Below are positions 49,883 through 60,452 of a stretch of DNA of 64,000 nt, piece after piece. The notes below the pieces were generated by a model, which was given only the letters and a program-made list of their open reading frames with translations, was not told the origin of the DNA and ran no database searches. Location: contig JAGOLM010000002.1 in the NCBI GenBank assembly GCA_017994075.1, positions 6,636-70,635 of the forward strand, given 5' to 3'. Source of the DNA: Lachnospiraceae bacterium. Lineage in GTDB: Bacteria; Bacillota; Clostridia; Lachnospirales; Lachnospiraceae. The first letter of the stretch is position 1, and each line of letters opens with the position of its first letter. Both the position numbers and the translations under genes were made by a program.

Positions 49883-50778
49883 GGCTGATTTCTTAGATAT
49901 GCAGATATCATCATCCCTACACGACACTTAACAGCATCATCAAAGTTTCTAATATCCAGTCCTGTACTTCTTGAGAATTTATCTAATCTATATACCAGTG
50001 TGTTCCTATGAAGATACAGAACTCTTCCTGTTTCGGATATATTTAGTCCACAGTCAAAAAACGTATTTATCGTGTTAATGGTTTCATTGTCTAATTGTTC
50101 AAAATCCAATCCTGGCAAAGAATCCTTGATAAATGATTCTGCCGCATCCCTTGAAAGACTATATATAAGTTTGCCAAGACCCAATTCATGATATCCATAT
50201 ATGTGATGCCCTGAATAGAATACCTCACCTATCATTACCGCCGATGCAAGATTCTGATATATCTCCGGAAGTTCTTCAAAACTATATGATGTCCTGTCAT
50301 AAGCAACTCTTGCGCTTACCATCGCCTCTGTCGAAATGGTATCATACAGAGAATATGCAAAGTGCTTTAGTTCATCCTGAGCTGTCACTTTTTTGACATT
50401 ATTTATCATAATGATCGTTCTAGATGACAATTTTAAAATTTCCCATGATGATGAATTCGTTATACTTCTAAGAATTGATAAAACCAGATTATTGCATTCC
50501 GTATTAAATGAAACATAGTACATATCATATTGTTCTTCATAATTATAATGAGAAGCACTCATGATATCTTTTGCTTCAAGAGATGTAAGCTCACCAGACA
50601 AATATTTTTCAAGTATTGATGCCTTTGAGAGTTTCTTCCCAAGCCTTAAAATCGTATTTTTAATTTTTTCTTCGTTTGATTCGTTTGTATCAAAAGGAAG
50701 AGATTCATCTAATGCAAAATGAATCCCTGTAGTCTCATAAAGCACATCTATTAATTTACCGATGTTCTCATTTGCCAT
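49855..50778 (-). CDS. PucR/CdaR-family transcriptional regulator
   Basis: C-terminal HTH LNISETGRVLYLHRNTLVYRLDK...GLDIRNF. Confidence 0.88.
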   Translation of the reverse strand: MANENIGKLIDVLYETTGIHFALDESLPFDTNESNEEKIKNTILRLGKKLSKASILEKYLSGELTSLEAKDIMSASHYNYEEQYDMYYVSFNTECNNLVLSILRSITNSSSWEILKLSSRTIIMINNVKKVTAQDELKHFAYSLYDTISTEAMVSARVAYDRTSYSFEELPEIYQNLASAVMIGEVFYSGHHIYGYHELGLGKLIYSLSRDAAESFIKDSLPGLDFEQLDNETINTINTFFDCGLNISETGRVLYLHRNTLVYRLDKFSRSTGLDIRNFDDAVKCRVGMMISAYLRNQPLQNEKSDI

Positions 50779-50786
50779 AATACTTT

Positions 50787-51296
50787 TTATACTTCTCCAT
50801 CTCTGTATACGATACGGGTATTAGCTCTCTTCATTCTATCTATGATCTCTTCATTTGGCTGAAAAATAAGCTTCATCTCTCTTCCATTTTTCTTGAAGAT
50901 CAATACATAATATTTCATACCTGCATCATGTGATGTGCAATCATAAGTCTTCATCCTGCGTCCTATATATGATTTAACAGGATCCGTATGACTAGGAGCC
51001 ATAACAACAATCTCACCCGGAGCAATATTTACCAGTTCTTTTCTCTTGACGCTACCCTTAACCTTCGCGATTTCTAATTCGCCATTGGTGTAAGTATAGT
51101 CAAACTCAAGATCCATAAGAGATCTAATCCACAGCATCATGAATAGAAACATAACACCTGGAGCAAAAAAAAGTGGGAAAATTATTCCAAGTAAAAAACA
51201 GATTACCAAAAAGACCATACTGATGTAGTATAACGGCTTCAATGTAATTATTTCTCTTCTTTTAACTGTATGTTCAACAAAAACATCCTGTAGCAT
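50787..51296 (-). CDS. Membrane protein (DUF6106-like)
   Basis: Two N-terminal TMs, then EFDYTYTNGELEIAKV...RK. Start moved to ATG 51296 after AGAGGTGA. Confidence 0.6.
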   Translation of the reverse strand: MLQDVFVEHTVKRREIITLKPLYYISMVFLVICFLLGIIFPLFFAPGVMFLFMMLWIRSLMDLEFDYTYTNGELEIAKVKGSVKRKELVNIAPGEIVVMAPSHTDPVKSYIGRRMKTYDCTSHDAGMKYYVLIFKKNGREMKLIFQPNEEIIDRMKRANTRIVYRDGEV

Positions 51297-51418
51297 CGCT
51301 TCACCTCTAAACAAAAAAGCAACTATATATAACAGTAGCTTCTTGTCTTCTAATCATTGTTAATATCCAAAATCTACCTATTACAGTTTACTATTTATGG
51401 TTTTTTTATTCAATAAAA

Positions 51419-51449
51419 TAAGGCTGGTTTTACATTAAAACCAGCCTTA
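51419..51449 (-). terminator. Terminator after beta-galactosidase
   Basis: 14-bp stem TAAGGCTGGTTTTA/TAAAACCAGCCTTA. Confidence 0.8.
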
Positions 51450-51461
51450 CTTGCCATTTAA

Positions 51462-54400
51462 TTACAAAATACCTTTGAAGGAAAATTCAATTTCCATAGG
51501 CTTATCATTAGGTAAGAGATACTCTGGATGAACCAATGCTCCCCAGCTATCATCTCCGCCTATTCCCATCTGTTCTCCAACTCTTACATATGTATACATC
51601 TGCAGAGGAAGTTCGTTCTGGTGCTGTGCAGCCTCAATTTCTTCCGGAGAATTCGGAAGAGCAGAAAATCCCATTTTATTGCAATGGAACTCTAATCCTT
51701 TTCCAATAGAGTCCGTTAAGCGTGCATATCTTACATTAATCTTAAAACCTGATTCCTGTGGAACTAAGTACTTTGCCACATTGTCTTTGACTGTATTCTT
51801 GTGAACTGCAATTTTGCCTGCCGGTCGATCAACATAGGTTTCTTCAGGTCCCGGACCATACCATTCTAGATTTGTGAGTTCATATGGTAGCTTGAACATC
51901 ATCGAAAACTCTGGCAGTTCGCCTACTTCTCTGGATTCATCAATATTCATTTTTACATTAACTTCACCATCTGGATAAACAGTGTATGTAACTATGCAGT
52001 CTTTAGCCGGAACAACTGGAAGATGGTATGTATATTTTACAATTACCTTATCTTCCTTAATATCATATTCATAATCACTCTTCTGATATCCGTGTCCATA
52101 ATATATAGATGCGAACAGGCTGGCATTTCTCCACTGCGCACTCCTGAATGACTGTAGATTTCCTCTGTCATTATCCGTTGTTGCCCGCCAGAAATTCGGT
52201 TTTGGTATGCCTTGAATATATTCCGTTCCACAGAATTTGTAGGAAGATAATCCCCCATGAACTTTGGAAAAGAGGATTTCAAAACCATCTCCCTTTACTC
52301 CTATGTTATGGTATCCCTCGGTTATTCTTATGTTTCCACAATGAATATTTTTCTTGGCAGACTTATCGACAATTTTTTGACCATATGCAATTTCGTGTCC
52401 TATTTTAGCCCACTCTGTATCTTCCTTTAGTTCAAAAGACACCGTTGTTACATATTCGCCATCTTCTTCTGGTATCTCAATCGGAAGTTCAAAAGTCTCT
52501 TCCTTGCCAGGTCCAACAGGTACTTCCATAGTATATTCTTCTATGAAACTGCCATTTTTTTCAAGCTTTACTTTACAATCATAGTAGCTTGTACTGGTAA
52601 ATAAGAATTCATTTTTAATAGTGAATTCATTCTCCCTTACGTCGATAACTATGGGTTGATAGTCATATTTTACTTCCTGCATTTTAGGTGACGGCTCTCT
52701 TGTATCGCCATAGACAATGCCATTACCACTAAAGCTATAATCTGTTGGTCTTTCTCCTGAGTCTCCTCCATATCCCTGGAATTTTCTGCCATATCTATCT
52801 GTCTTATCAAGAGACTGATCTATATAATCCCATATAAATCCGCCCTGATATAACAGCTCTTCTCTGGTAAGCTCAGTATATTTATACATAGCACCAGTTG
52901 AATTACCCATAGAATGTATGTATTCACAACATATATAAGGCTTATTCCTGTTTTCCTTGAGATATTCTCTGATCTTGTCAGCCGGGACATACATAGTGCT
53001 GACCATATCCGTTGTCTCGAGATATCTGGGATCATGAGCTACTCCCTCATAATGCACCAATCTTGTAGGATCCCATTTTCTAAAGGCCTTAGACATTTCA
53101 AAAATATCTTTTCCACCATAGGATTCATTTCCACATGACCATATTAGGATACATGCATGATTTTTATCTCTTTCGTACATGTTTTTTGCACGATCAAGAA
53201 TTAACTCCTGGTATTCTTTACGATCTCCAGGAACTGCAAAATCATCACCTTCTGCTCCTGACGCTACCACATCCCATGTACCATGAGTCTCTAGATTGGC
53301 TTCATCAATTACGTACATTCCATATTCATCACAAAGACGGTACAATTCTGTTCTATTCGGATAATGACTGGTTCTGATTGCATTAATATTATTCTGTTTC
53401 ATTACGATTATATCTTTTTCTATATCTTCAATCGTAATTGCTCTTCCAGATTTTGAGCTGAATTCATGCCTGTCAACTCCACGAAAAACTATTCGTTTCC
53501 CATTTAGACACATTATATTGTCTATCATCTCAAAACTTCTAAATCCGACCTCTTCCTCTATAACTTCCTGCAAAGCACCGGACTCATCGAAAATTGTTAT
53601 CTTAAGTATATATAGATTAGGCTTCTCAGCACTCCAGAGTTCAGGTTGCATAACCGGTATAGAGATATCTAGTTTTTTATCAAACGAACCCTCTCCGGTT
53701 ATACCCTCCTCACCTTCCATATCTATGAGTCTTATTGTATAAGATCCCTTTCCGGTAAGTTTCATGCCTATATTTAGGTCAGCATTTGTATAATTATCCT
53801 TAAGTATGGTTCTTATTCTTAAGTCATATAGATGCACATCCGGAATCGTGTACAGATACACATCCCTAAATATTCCGGAAAATCTAAAGAAATCCTGGTC
53901 CTCACACCAGCTTCCTGCACACCATTTAAATACACGAACAGCGAGTTTATTTTCACCCTCTTTAATAAATGGTGTGAGATCAAACTCTGATGGTGTAAAA
54001 CTATCTTCCCTATATCCTACATATTCTCCATTCAGCCAGAGAGCCATAGCACTTTCAACTCCCTGAAATGATACAAAAATCTTTCTTCCTTTAAAATTGT
54101 CTGGAACACTAAAATATTTAACATAACTAGCTGTCGGATTAAAGTGCGTGGGAACCATTCCAGGTTCCATATTTTCTCTTCCATCCCATGGATACTCTAC
54201 ATTACTATACTGTGGTACATCGTATCCTTCCATCTGAATATGCGCAGGTACTTTTATATCATCCCAATCTCTGCAATCAACCTCTTCCTTGTAAAAATCT
54301 TTTGATGCAGATGCAGGATTAACAGCATAGGAGAATTTCCATTGTCCATTTAATAATAGTTTATAGTCTGAAAATCCTCTTTCCGCTATCTCTTCACAGG

Positions 54401-54488
54401 AATAGTATTCATGATCTGAATGCGGAGGAAGTGAATTCTGTTCGAATAATTCAGGATTTTTTACAATCGAGAAATCAAACTTTTTCAT
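51462..54488 (-). CDS. lacZ: GH2 beta-galactosidase
   Basis: GVDRHE, NINAIRTSHYPN, WSCGNES (acid/base), CEYIHSMGNS (nucleophile), GGFIWDYIDQ. Confidence 0.93.
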   Translation of the reverse strand: MKKFDFSIVKNPELFEQNSLPPHSDHEYYSCEEIAERGFSDYKLLLNGQWKFSYAVNPASASKDFYKEEVDCRDWDDIKVPAHIQMEGYDVPQYSNVEYPWDGRENMEPGMVPTHFNPTASYVKYFSVPDNFKGRKIFVSFQGVESAMALWLNGEYVGYREDSFTPSEFDLTPFIKEGENKLAVRVFKWCAGSWCEDQDFFRFSGIFRDVYLYTIPDVHLYDLRIRTILKDNYTNADLNIGMKLTGKGSYTIRLIDMEGEEGITGEGSFDKKLDISIPVMQPELWSAEKPNLYILKITIFDESGALQEVIEEEVGFRSFEMIDNIMCLNGKRIVFRGVDRHEFSSKSGRAITIEDIEKDIIVMKQNNINAIRTSHYPNRTELYRLCDEYGMYVIDEANLETHGTWDVVASGAEGDDFAVPGDRKEYQELILDRAKNMYERDKNHACILIWSCGNESYGGKDIFEMSKAFRKWDPTRLVHYEGVAHDPRYLETTDMVSTMYVPADKIREYLKENRNKPYICCEYIHSMGNSTGAMYKYTELTREELLYQGGFIWDYIDQSLDKTDRYGRKFQGYGGDSGERPTDYSFSGNGIVYGDTREPSPKMQEVKYDYQPIVIDVRENEFTIKNEFLFTSTSYYDCKVKLEKNGSFIEEYTMEVPVGPGKEETFELPIEIPEEDGEYVTTVSFELKEDTEWAKIGHEIAYGQKIVDKSAKKNIHCGNIRITEGYHNIGVKGDGFEILFSKVHGGLSSYKFCGTEYIQGIPKPNFWRATTDNDRGNLQSFRSAQWRNASLFASIYYGHGYQKSDYEYDIKEDKVIVKYTYHLPVVPAKDCIVTYTVYPDGEVNVKMNIDESREVGELPEFSMMFKLPYELTNLEWYGPGPEETYVDRPAGKIAVHKNTVKDNVAKYLVPQESGFKINVRYARLTDSIGKGLEFHCNKMGFSALPNSPEEIEAAQHQNELPLQMYTYVRVGEQMGIGGDDSWGALVHPEYLLPNDKPMEIEFSFKGIL

Positions 54489-54569
54489 TTTGTCTCCTCT
54501 TATTCTAACTTAATTTTATTATTGAGCTCAAAAATCACAAAGTAATTCTTGAACCCAATAAATGTCTAT

Positions 54570-55403
54570 TTACTTAACTGATCCACTGATTCCTTCCGCA
54601 AAGCTCTTCTGAAGAACAAAGAAGATTACCATCGTTGGAACAGAGCAGAACAGTACTCCCATCATAAGCATACCGTAATCTACGGTATATCCATTTGAGA
54701 GTTTTGATATTAGCATTGTCATTGTCTGGGACTGATCATTAAACATTACGACTCTGGGCCACAAGAATGAATTCCATGCACTCATAAATGCAACAACAGC
54801 TGCTGCTGCGTATGTTGAACGCATAACGGGCATGTAAATTTTAAAGAAAATGCCTATTTCCGTGAGTCCATCTATTCTTGCTGCTTCCATTATATCTACA
54901 GGGAAGTTTCTAGAGTTCTGTCTAAACATCATGATCATAAATGGAGTTGAAATAGCTGGAAGAACAAATGCCCATACACTATTCAATAGCTTCATTGTTG
55001 ACATCATGTTAAAAAGTGGAATCATTGTTGCAACCTGAGGAATCATCATTGCCAATAATAGGATTGCAAACAGTCTGTCTTTCCATTTATCGTTATATAA
55101 CTCAAATCCATATCCTGCTAAAGAACAGATCAGAAGTACCAGAAGCGTCTGTAGGATCGCATAGAAAAATGAATTGCCCATTGCCTTCCAAAGAGGCTGT
55201 GAATTAATCAGATTGTTAAAATTATCAATAGCATGCGTTCCAAATGTAAGCTTACCTCTTGCAACATCAAGGGTATTATTGGTCGCTGCCGATATCATCC
55301 AGTAAAACGGAAATACTGAAATTAACGATACTATTATCAGAAATATGTATGAAGGTATTAGCCTTTTCTGAATTGCTGATTTGTTTTTTTTCTGTTTAGT
55401 CAC
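54570..55403 (-). CDS. Carbohydrate ABC permease (MalG/LacG type)
   Basis: EAA loop IMEAARIDG. Start moved to GTG 55403 after AGGTGA. Confidence 0.9.
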   Translation of the reverse strand: MTKQKKNKSAIQKRLIPSYIFLIIVSLISVFPFYWMISAATNNTLDVARGKLTFGTHAIDNFNNLINSQPLWKAMGNSFFYAILQTLLVLLICSLAGYGFELYNDKWKDRLFAILLLAMMIPQVATMIPLFNMMSTMKLLNSVWAFVLPAISTPFMIMMFRQNSRNFPVDIMEAARIDGLTEIGIFFKIYMPVMRSTYAAAAVVAFMSAWNSFLWPRVVMFNDQSQTMTMLISKLSNGYTVDYGMLMMGVLFCSVPTMVIFFVLQKSFAEGISGSVK

Positions 55404-56301
55404 GTGTATCACCTACTTTCAGGTTGATGAAAGCTAATATAGCAACCAGTACAAATACAAATACTGACATCGCCGAAGCATATCCGAAGTTTGCTACTGC
55501 AGTTCCACCAAATGAATTATTGTAAATATAATGTGACATTGTGATTGATGTATTAGCAGGTCCACCATTTGTCAGGTTGACAGACTCATCAAACAGCTGA
55601 AGAGTTCCATTTATAGACATGATAAATGTCATTATTATAGTAGGTTTAAGAAGCGGAACTGTAATGTGCCAGAATGTTTTCCATCCATTAGCTCCATCAA
55701 TCTTGGCTGCTTCATATACTGAATATTCTATGTTCTGTAGTCCTGCCAGATAGAAGACCATGTTATAACCTGTCCATCTCCATAGCAGAGCTATGATTAT
55801 TATTGCCTTAGCAGATCCCGGATTTCCAAGGAAATTATAATTATTCTGTAATATTCCGATTTTCACCAGAATTTCATTAACAAGACCCTGTGTTGCAAAA
55901 ATTGACTTAAAGATCAAAGCGTATGATACAAGAGATGTTGCGCATGGTAAAAACACCATTGTACGAAACAGACCTTTAAATCTTAGATCTTTATTATTTA
56001 GAATCTGCGCAAGAAGAATTGCCAGAATCAACATTATAGGTACCTGAATTATAAGATATAAAAATGTATTGCCTACTGATTGTATAAATATCTTGTCCTG
56101 AAACATTCTTATATAGTTAAATCCAAATGTTTTTGTGTAATGCATTGTTGCACCGGCACCAGTCTTAAACGACATGATAAATGCCTGCACAATGGGATAG
56201 AAGCTCATAATGAATATTAAAACTGTTGCAGGAGTGAGGAATAGCCATCCGGCCGTTCTTTGTTTACTCTGTACGTTTTTTCCACTGCTTTTCACTTGCA
56301 T
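55396..56301 (-). CDS. Carbohydrate ABC permease (MalF/LacF type)
   Basis: WRWTGYNMVFYLAGLQNI, YEAAKIDGA. Start moved to ATG 56301. Confidence 0.9.
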   Translation of the reverse strand: MQVKSSGKNVQSKQRTAGWLFLTPATVLIFIMSFYPIVQAFIMSFKTGAGATMHYTKTFGFNYIRMFQDKIFIQSVGNTFLYLIIQVPIMLILAILLAQILNNKDLRFKGLFRTMVFLPCATSLVSYALIFKSIFATQGLVNEILVKIGILQNNYNFLGNPGSAKAIIIIALLWRWTGYNMVFYLAGLQNIEYSVYEAAKIDGANGWKTFWHITVPLLKPTIIMTFIMSINGTLQLFDESVNLTNGGPANTSITMSHYIYNNSFGGTAVANFGYASAMSVFVFVLVAILAFINLKVGDTRD

Positions 56302-56352
56302 TCTCCCCTTTCTTTTTCTTTTAATTATCAATACATATTGTTTTTTTTAAAA

Positions 56353-56382
56353 CGGGAGATCGAGCCTGATGCCGATCTCCCG
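56353..56382 (-). other. Intercistronic GC-rich stem-loop after the solute-binding protein gene
   Basis: CGGGAGATCG/CGATCTCCCG 10-bp stem, typical position for mRNA stoichiometry control. Confidence 0.7.
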
Positions 56383-56427
56383 CCAGAACTACATTCTAAT
56401 TACTATTAACTTCTGTAATCTGTTGCA

Positions 56428-57822
56428 TCACTGCTTAGCTGCTTCAATTGCTGAATTTGTTGTATCTTCAGCTTCCTTAAGGGCATCCTTGACTGAAGGA
56501 CGGTTTGTTGTATTTGAATCTGTCAGTTTAGTGATAGCAGTGCTTATATTTGTTCTAAGATCATAGTGATAATCACTCTGTTCAACGGTCTTAACATGTG
56601 TGCCATATTCAACAACTGTTGAATAGATAGGCTGATTATTGAAGAATGCAACGCCTGCGTTATAGACTTCAGACTTACCGGCAGGAGCGTAGCATGTAAT
56701 TACTCCACCATCTGTAAGAGCTGCATCATATGTAGCTGTTGCACCCTTTCCGCCACCAAATGTATATGAAAGGAAGTCCTGAGCAAGCTTAACCTTGTCA
56801 CCCTTACAAGCTGATGTAATATAAAGTGATGATCCACCATTAGATGCATATCCTTCTTCGCCTGAAAGTGTAGGGAGCGTTGTGATTGCCCATTTACCGC
56901 TGTTAGCTTCTACTTTTTTGATTGTAGGGATTATCCAGTTTCCATTCATTACACCAGCAACCATATCTCCCTGAATTGACTGATCGGTATAATCTGACCA
57001 GTTGTTGCAGAGATACAGGCAGTGATTATCAACAGCCTTCTGAAGTACTTCAAAAATCTTCTGAACCTTCTCATTGTCAGCTACAGAAACTTTACCATCC
57101 TTAAACTGTGAAACTCCTTCTGCTTGAAGCATCATGTAAGGAAGATCATTTCCACTGTTGTCCATGGAAAGAAGATACTTGCCTGTTTTGTCATATACGT
57201 TCTTACCAATCTCAAGCCATTTATCCCATGTAATTCCTGTTACATCCTTTATTGTATATCCAGCCTGCTGAAGAAGGTCTGTGCGATATGCATAAATTAC
57301 AGTTCCATTATCTACAGGGAATCCATAATGCTTGTCTTTAACAGTTGAGAATGAAAGTTTTTCCTGACCAAAGTTATCCCAATCAGCCTTATCGCCTGCA
57401 CCAACCCATAATTTAGGGAAGTTGGTCATATACTGATGTATTCCATGATCCTGGAAAAGTGTAATATCAGGAAGTGTTGAATAATCCTGAGCCTGTCCTG
57501 CAAGAGTGATACGATTCTGAACTTCAGTAGAATCTGCAGTCTGAACAACATTTAACTTAAAGTCAGGATTCTTCTCCTGATATGCCTTCTCTGCTGCCTT
57601 AAGTGCCGGAATGTTAAATCCTGCATCCCATGCATAAACAGAAAGAGTATTCTTATCCTCTTTTGATGCATTTACAGCCTTAGCTGTAGGTGTTTTCTTA
57701 CTTTCTGTCTTTGTTGAATCTTTTTTTGTAGAAGATGATTTGGAACTTGTTCCACCACATCCTACGAGTGCTGTTGCTGTCATTGCTCCGACAAGCATAG
57801 CTGATACCAATTGCTTTTTCAT
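56428..57822 (-). CDS. Sugar-binding lipoprotein (SBP family 1)
   Basis: Lipobox ALVG-C, Ser/Thr/Lys-rich linker, LSVYAWD, ASNGGSSLYI. Confidence 0.9.
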   Translation of the reverse strand: MKKQLVSAMLVGAMTATALVGCGGTSSKSSSTKKDSTKTESKKTPTAKAVNASKEDKNTLSVYAWDAGFNIPALKAAEKAYQEKNPDFKLNVVQTADSTEVQNRITLAGQAQDYSTLPDITLFQDHGIHQYMTNFPKLWVGAGDKADWDNFGQEKLSFSTVKDKHYGFPVDNGTVIYAYRTDLLQQAGYTIKDVTGITWDKWLEIGKNVYDKTGKYLLSMDNSGNDLPYMMLQAEGVSQFKDGKVSVADNEKVQKIFEVLQKAVDNHCLYLCNNWSDYTDQSIQGDMVAGVMNGNWIIPTIKKVEANSGKWAITTLPTLSGEEGYASNGGSSLYITSACKGDKVKLAQDFLSYTFGGGKGATATYDAALTDGGVITCYAPAGKSEVYNAGVAFFNNQPIYSTVVEYGTHVKTVEQSDYHYDLRTNISTAITKLTDSNTTNRPSVKDALKEAEDTTNSAIEAAKQ

Positions 57823-58004
57823 ACAAACCCTCCTTGTATTTCTGGAAGAATAATTAATTTTATATCCCCTTATGGTTATTTTGCATAATTTTTCTTCCGT
57901 TTTTTATGAATATATGTACATTATATTCTTAGAATAATTAAATAGTTTGTAGAAAAAATTCAAAAATGAGCAAATTCAATCACAATATTTGTGGCTTTTC
58001 TGTG

Positions 58005-58038
58005 AAAAACCGCTGTAAATGTTAATTTACAGCGGTTT
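58005..58038 (-). terminator. Terminator after the AraC regulator
   Basis: 14-bp stem AAACCGCTGTAAAT/ATTTACAGCGGTTT with T-run on the minus strand. Confidence 0.82.
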
Positions 58039-58089
58039 AATAGACTTATTTATGTTTCGAAATAATTTCGATTTGATCCAAAAGATTTT

Positions 58090-59019
58090 TTACCAGCCCT
58101 TTTCTGCACTAATTTTAAAATCTGTCATTATCCCTTCGTGACTCTGTTCTTCTTTTTTCCATTGATATGGCGTATTTCCGGTTATTTTCCTGAAATTTCG
58201 GTTAAAAGTAGATGCCGTCTGATATCCTACTCGTATCCCAATTTCATCCATGGACATGTCTGCCCGTTTCATGAGATCACAAGCTTTTCTAATCCTAACA
58301 AAATTTATAAAATCATTAGGTTTCATATTCATAGTATCTTCAAATACTTTTCTAAAGTGAGATTCACTCAAACCACACTTCTCAGCCATTTCTGCAATTT
58401 TAATATCTTGGCTGTAATGAATATTAAAGTAATCAATTGCATTTTTGATATACTGATTTTGTTTATTTCCCTTATGGACCTGTTCACGTTCTTCATCTAA
58501 TCTAAGTATTTCAATCACTAGAACTTCTAAATATCCTTTAAGGGATTCTTTATAATATAAGCCCTCTTCTCTACATTCTTTAATGATTTTTAAAATTGTT
58601 TCTCCCACGGCCGCATGATGCTTCATTGTTTTCATTGTACCATGCTTATTTATTATCCTTATCATATCGCCAATAGGGATTTTTGTCGTTTTCATTTCAT
58701 TTTTTATAAATTCTTCCAGATCTATAAATAGAAATTCCCATTTACAAATATTTCCCGCATCACTTATTGTTGTATGAGGAATATTTGCAGGAATTATCGT
58801 GAAATATCCATTCCCATATCTATAAGTCTTATTTTCTATGATCAATCTTCCTTTTCCTGAGTAGCAATAGCCTATTTCAAGATAATTATGAAAATGCAGC
58901 ATCTCTCCATATCCGAGTCCATATTCCTGTTCCCATGACTTCCCTATCTTGGCAAGGATATAATCTCCTGTCGGTATTGTATAATACCTAAATTGAAGTT
59001 TTTTCTTCATTTTTGCCAT
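58090..59019 (-). CDS. AraC-family regulator, probably of the galactoside locus
   Basis: Cupin HFHNYLEIGYC. Double HTH with SESHFRKVF and VGYQTASTFNRNFRK. Start moved to 59019. Confidence 0.9.
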   Translation of the reverse strand: MAKMKKKLQFRYYTIPTGDYILAKIGKSWEQEYGLGYGEMLHFHNYLEIGYCYSGKGRLIIENKTYRYGNGYFTIIPANIPHTTISDAGNICKWEFLFIDLEEFIKNEMKTTKIPIGDMIRIINKHGTMKTMKHHAAVGETILKIIKECREEGLYYKESLKGYLEVLVIEILRLDEEREQVHKGNKQNQYIKNAIDYFNIHYSQDIKIAEMAEKCGLSESHFRKVFEDTMNMKPNDFINFVRIRKACDLMKRADMSMDEIGIRVGYQTASTFNRNFRKITGNTPYQWKKEEQSHEGIMTDFKISAEKGW

Positions 59020-59206
59020 TTTCTTACCCCTTATATTAATTTTTTGGCTTTTTCGATTATATGATGGTCTCACGAAAATATCAAGGCGAAATTTAATTGC
59101 TATAATTACAGATTAATTCTATTCCAATGTTATTCAATAATAATTTTTACAAAATATATAAGCTTTAATCTATGCATGTACTAACAGACTTGATCATTTT
59201 CTATAC

Positions 59207-59238
59207 AAAAAGATCCGGAATCATAAGATTCCGGATCT
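59207..59238 (-). terminator. Terminator of the rpsF-ssb-rpsR operon
   Basis: AGATCCGGAATC/GATTCCGGATCT stem with T-run on the minus strand. Confidence 0.85.
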
Positions 59239-59259
59239 AATATTAAATACGTATTAACT

Positions 59260-59523
59260 TTAGTCAGCTACATAAGGCATAAGAGCCACATGACGTGATC
59301 TCTTAATTGCAGATGTAATTGCTCTCTGATGCTTTGCGCATGTTCCAGTAATTCTTCTGGGAAGGATCTTTCCTCTCTCAGAAACATACTTCTTAAGAGT
59401 ATTTACCTCTTTATAGCCTATAACTGCTGCTTCTTTTCCACAGAATGTGCAGACCTTTCTTCTACGTCTCATGGGACGTCTCCTGGATCTGTCAGCTGCA
59501 TGCTCTTCATTAGCCTGTGCCAT
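59260..59523 (-). CDS. rpsR: 30S ribosomal protein S18 (Zn-binding C+ form)
   Basis: [26 protein letters not shown]. Start moved to ATG 59523 after AGGAGG. Confidence 0.97.
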   Translation of the reverse strand: MAQANEEHAADRSRRRPMRRRRKVCTFCGKEAAVIGYKEVNTLKKYVSERGKILPRRITGTCAKHQRAITSAIKRSRHVALMPYVAD

Positions 59524-59542
59524 GAACTTTACCTCCTGTTCA

Positions 59543-59992
59543 TTAATTGAACGGCAGTTCATCCTCTATGCCGTCCGGGATATTCATAAAACCATCTCCA
59601 GCGTCTGCTGTCGGTGCAGGTGCGCTCTGGCTTCCTGCTGCGCTCGACGCATTTTCCTGATAATTTTGAGCAGATGTTTTAGACTCAGCGAATTCTAACG
59701 TGTTGGCAACGATATCCATTCCATAGACCTTCTGTCCATCTTTATTGGTATAGTTATTGTTTCTGAGTTCGCCGTCTATAACAATCTTTGTACCTTTTTT
59801 CAGATACTTTTCTACAAATTCTCCGGTACGTCCGAATGCGACACAATTAAAGAAATCAGCATCAGGTTCTCCCTCACGCTTAAATCTTCTATCTACTGCT
59901 ATTGAAAATCTTGCAATAGCATTATTATTAGCTCCGCCATAACGTACTTCCGGATCACGGGTAAGTCTGCCCATCATGATGACTTTATTCAT
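59543..59992 (-). CDS. ssb: Single-stranded DNA-binding protein
   Basis: [15 protein letters not shown] and acidic tail DELPFN. Confidence 0.97.
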   Translation of the reverse strand: MNKVIMMGRLTRDPEVRYGGANNNAIARFSIAVDRRFKREGEPDADFFNCVAFGRTGEFVEKYLKKGTKIVIDGELRNNNYTNKDGQKVYGMDIVANTLEFAESKTSAQNYQENASSAAGSQSAPAPTADAGDGFMNIPDGIEDELPFN

Positions 59993-60015
59993 AAATATGT
60001 TTCCTTCCTGCTATC

Positions 60016-60306
60016 TTATGCCTCGTCGGCGCGAACACATAAGAAACGAAGAACATTGTCCATAATACGAACATTTTCTTCGATCTGACGCGGAGCATCT
60101 GACTCTGCGTCAAAATGAATGAAATAATAATATCCTTCATTCATCTTCTTGATCTCGTAAGCAAGTCTCTTCCTACCAGCCTCTTGAACGTCCGTAACCG
60201 TGCCGTTGTAACGAGCAATATAACCTTTTGCTTTTTCAACTACATCAGCTCTGGCTTCGTCTTCGATCTTGGCGTTCACAACGAGTGCTAATTCATACTT
60301 GTTCAT
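60016..60306 (-). CDS. rpsF: 30S ribosomal protein S6
   Basis: MNKYE...GRKRLAYEIKK...GYYYF. Start moved to ATG 60306 after AAGGAGG. Confidence 0.97.
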   Translation of the reverse strand: MNKYELALVVNAKIEDEARADVVEKAKGYIARYNGTVTDVQEAGRKRLAYEIKKMNEGYYYFIHFDAESDAPRQIEENVRIMDNVLRFLCVRADEA

Positions 60307-60311
60307 GCGAT

Positions 60312-60365
60312 TTACCTCCTTTTGGTCTCTGACCCTTTTGTTACATTCAAAAGAGTAAGGATTAT
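60312..60365 (-). promoter_or_regulatory. Probable S6:S18 ribosomal leader
   Basis: TCCTT can pair with the SD AAGGA around a CTCTTTTG/CAAAAGGG hairpin. Expected position for this leader. Confidence 0.55.
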
Positions 60366-60383
60366 CATATACCACGATTAAAG

Positions 60384-60412
60384 ACTATACCATGCTGTGG
60401 CCGTAAAAGCAA
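60384..60412 (-). promoter_or_regulatory. Sigma-A promoter of rpsF
   Basis: TTGCTT-17 nt-TATAGT with TG extension. Confidence 0.7.
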
Positions 60413-60452
60413 GAACAACTTCTTATAATAGTTATGTAATAATCATGGATAT

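Noticed and set aside
57846-57899. GGAAGAA(T/A)AATT inverted repeat in the SBP 5' leader
   Set aside because: Only 11 of 12 bp in very AT-rich sequence with a ~30-nt loop. Plausibly a leader stem but too weak to call.
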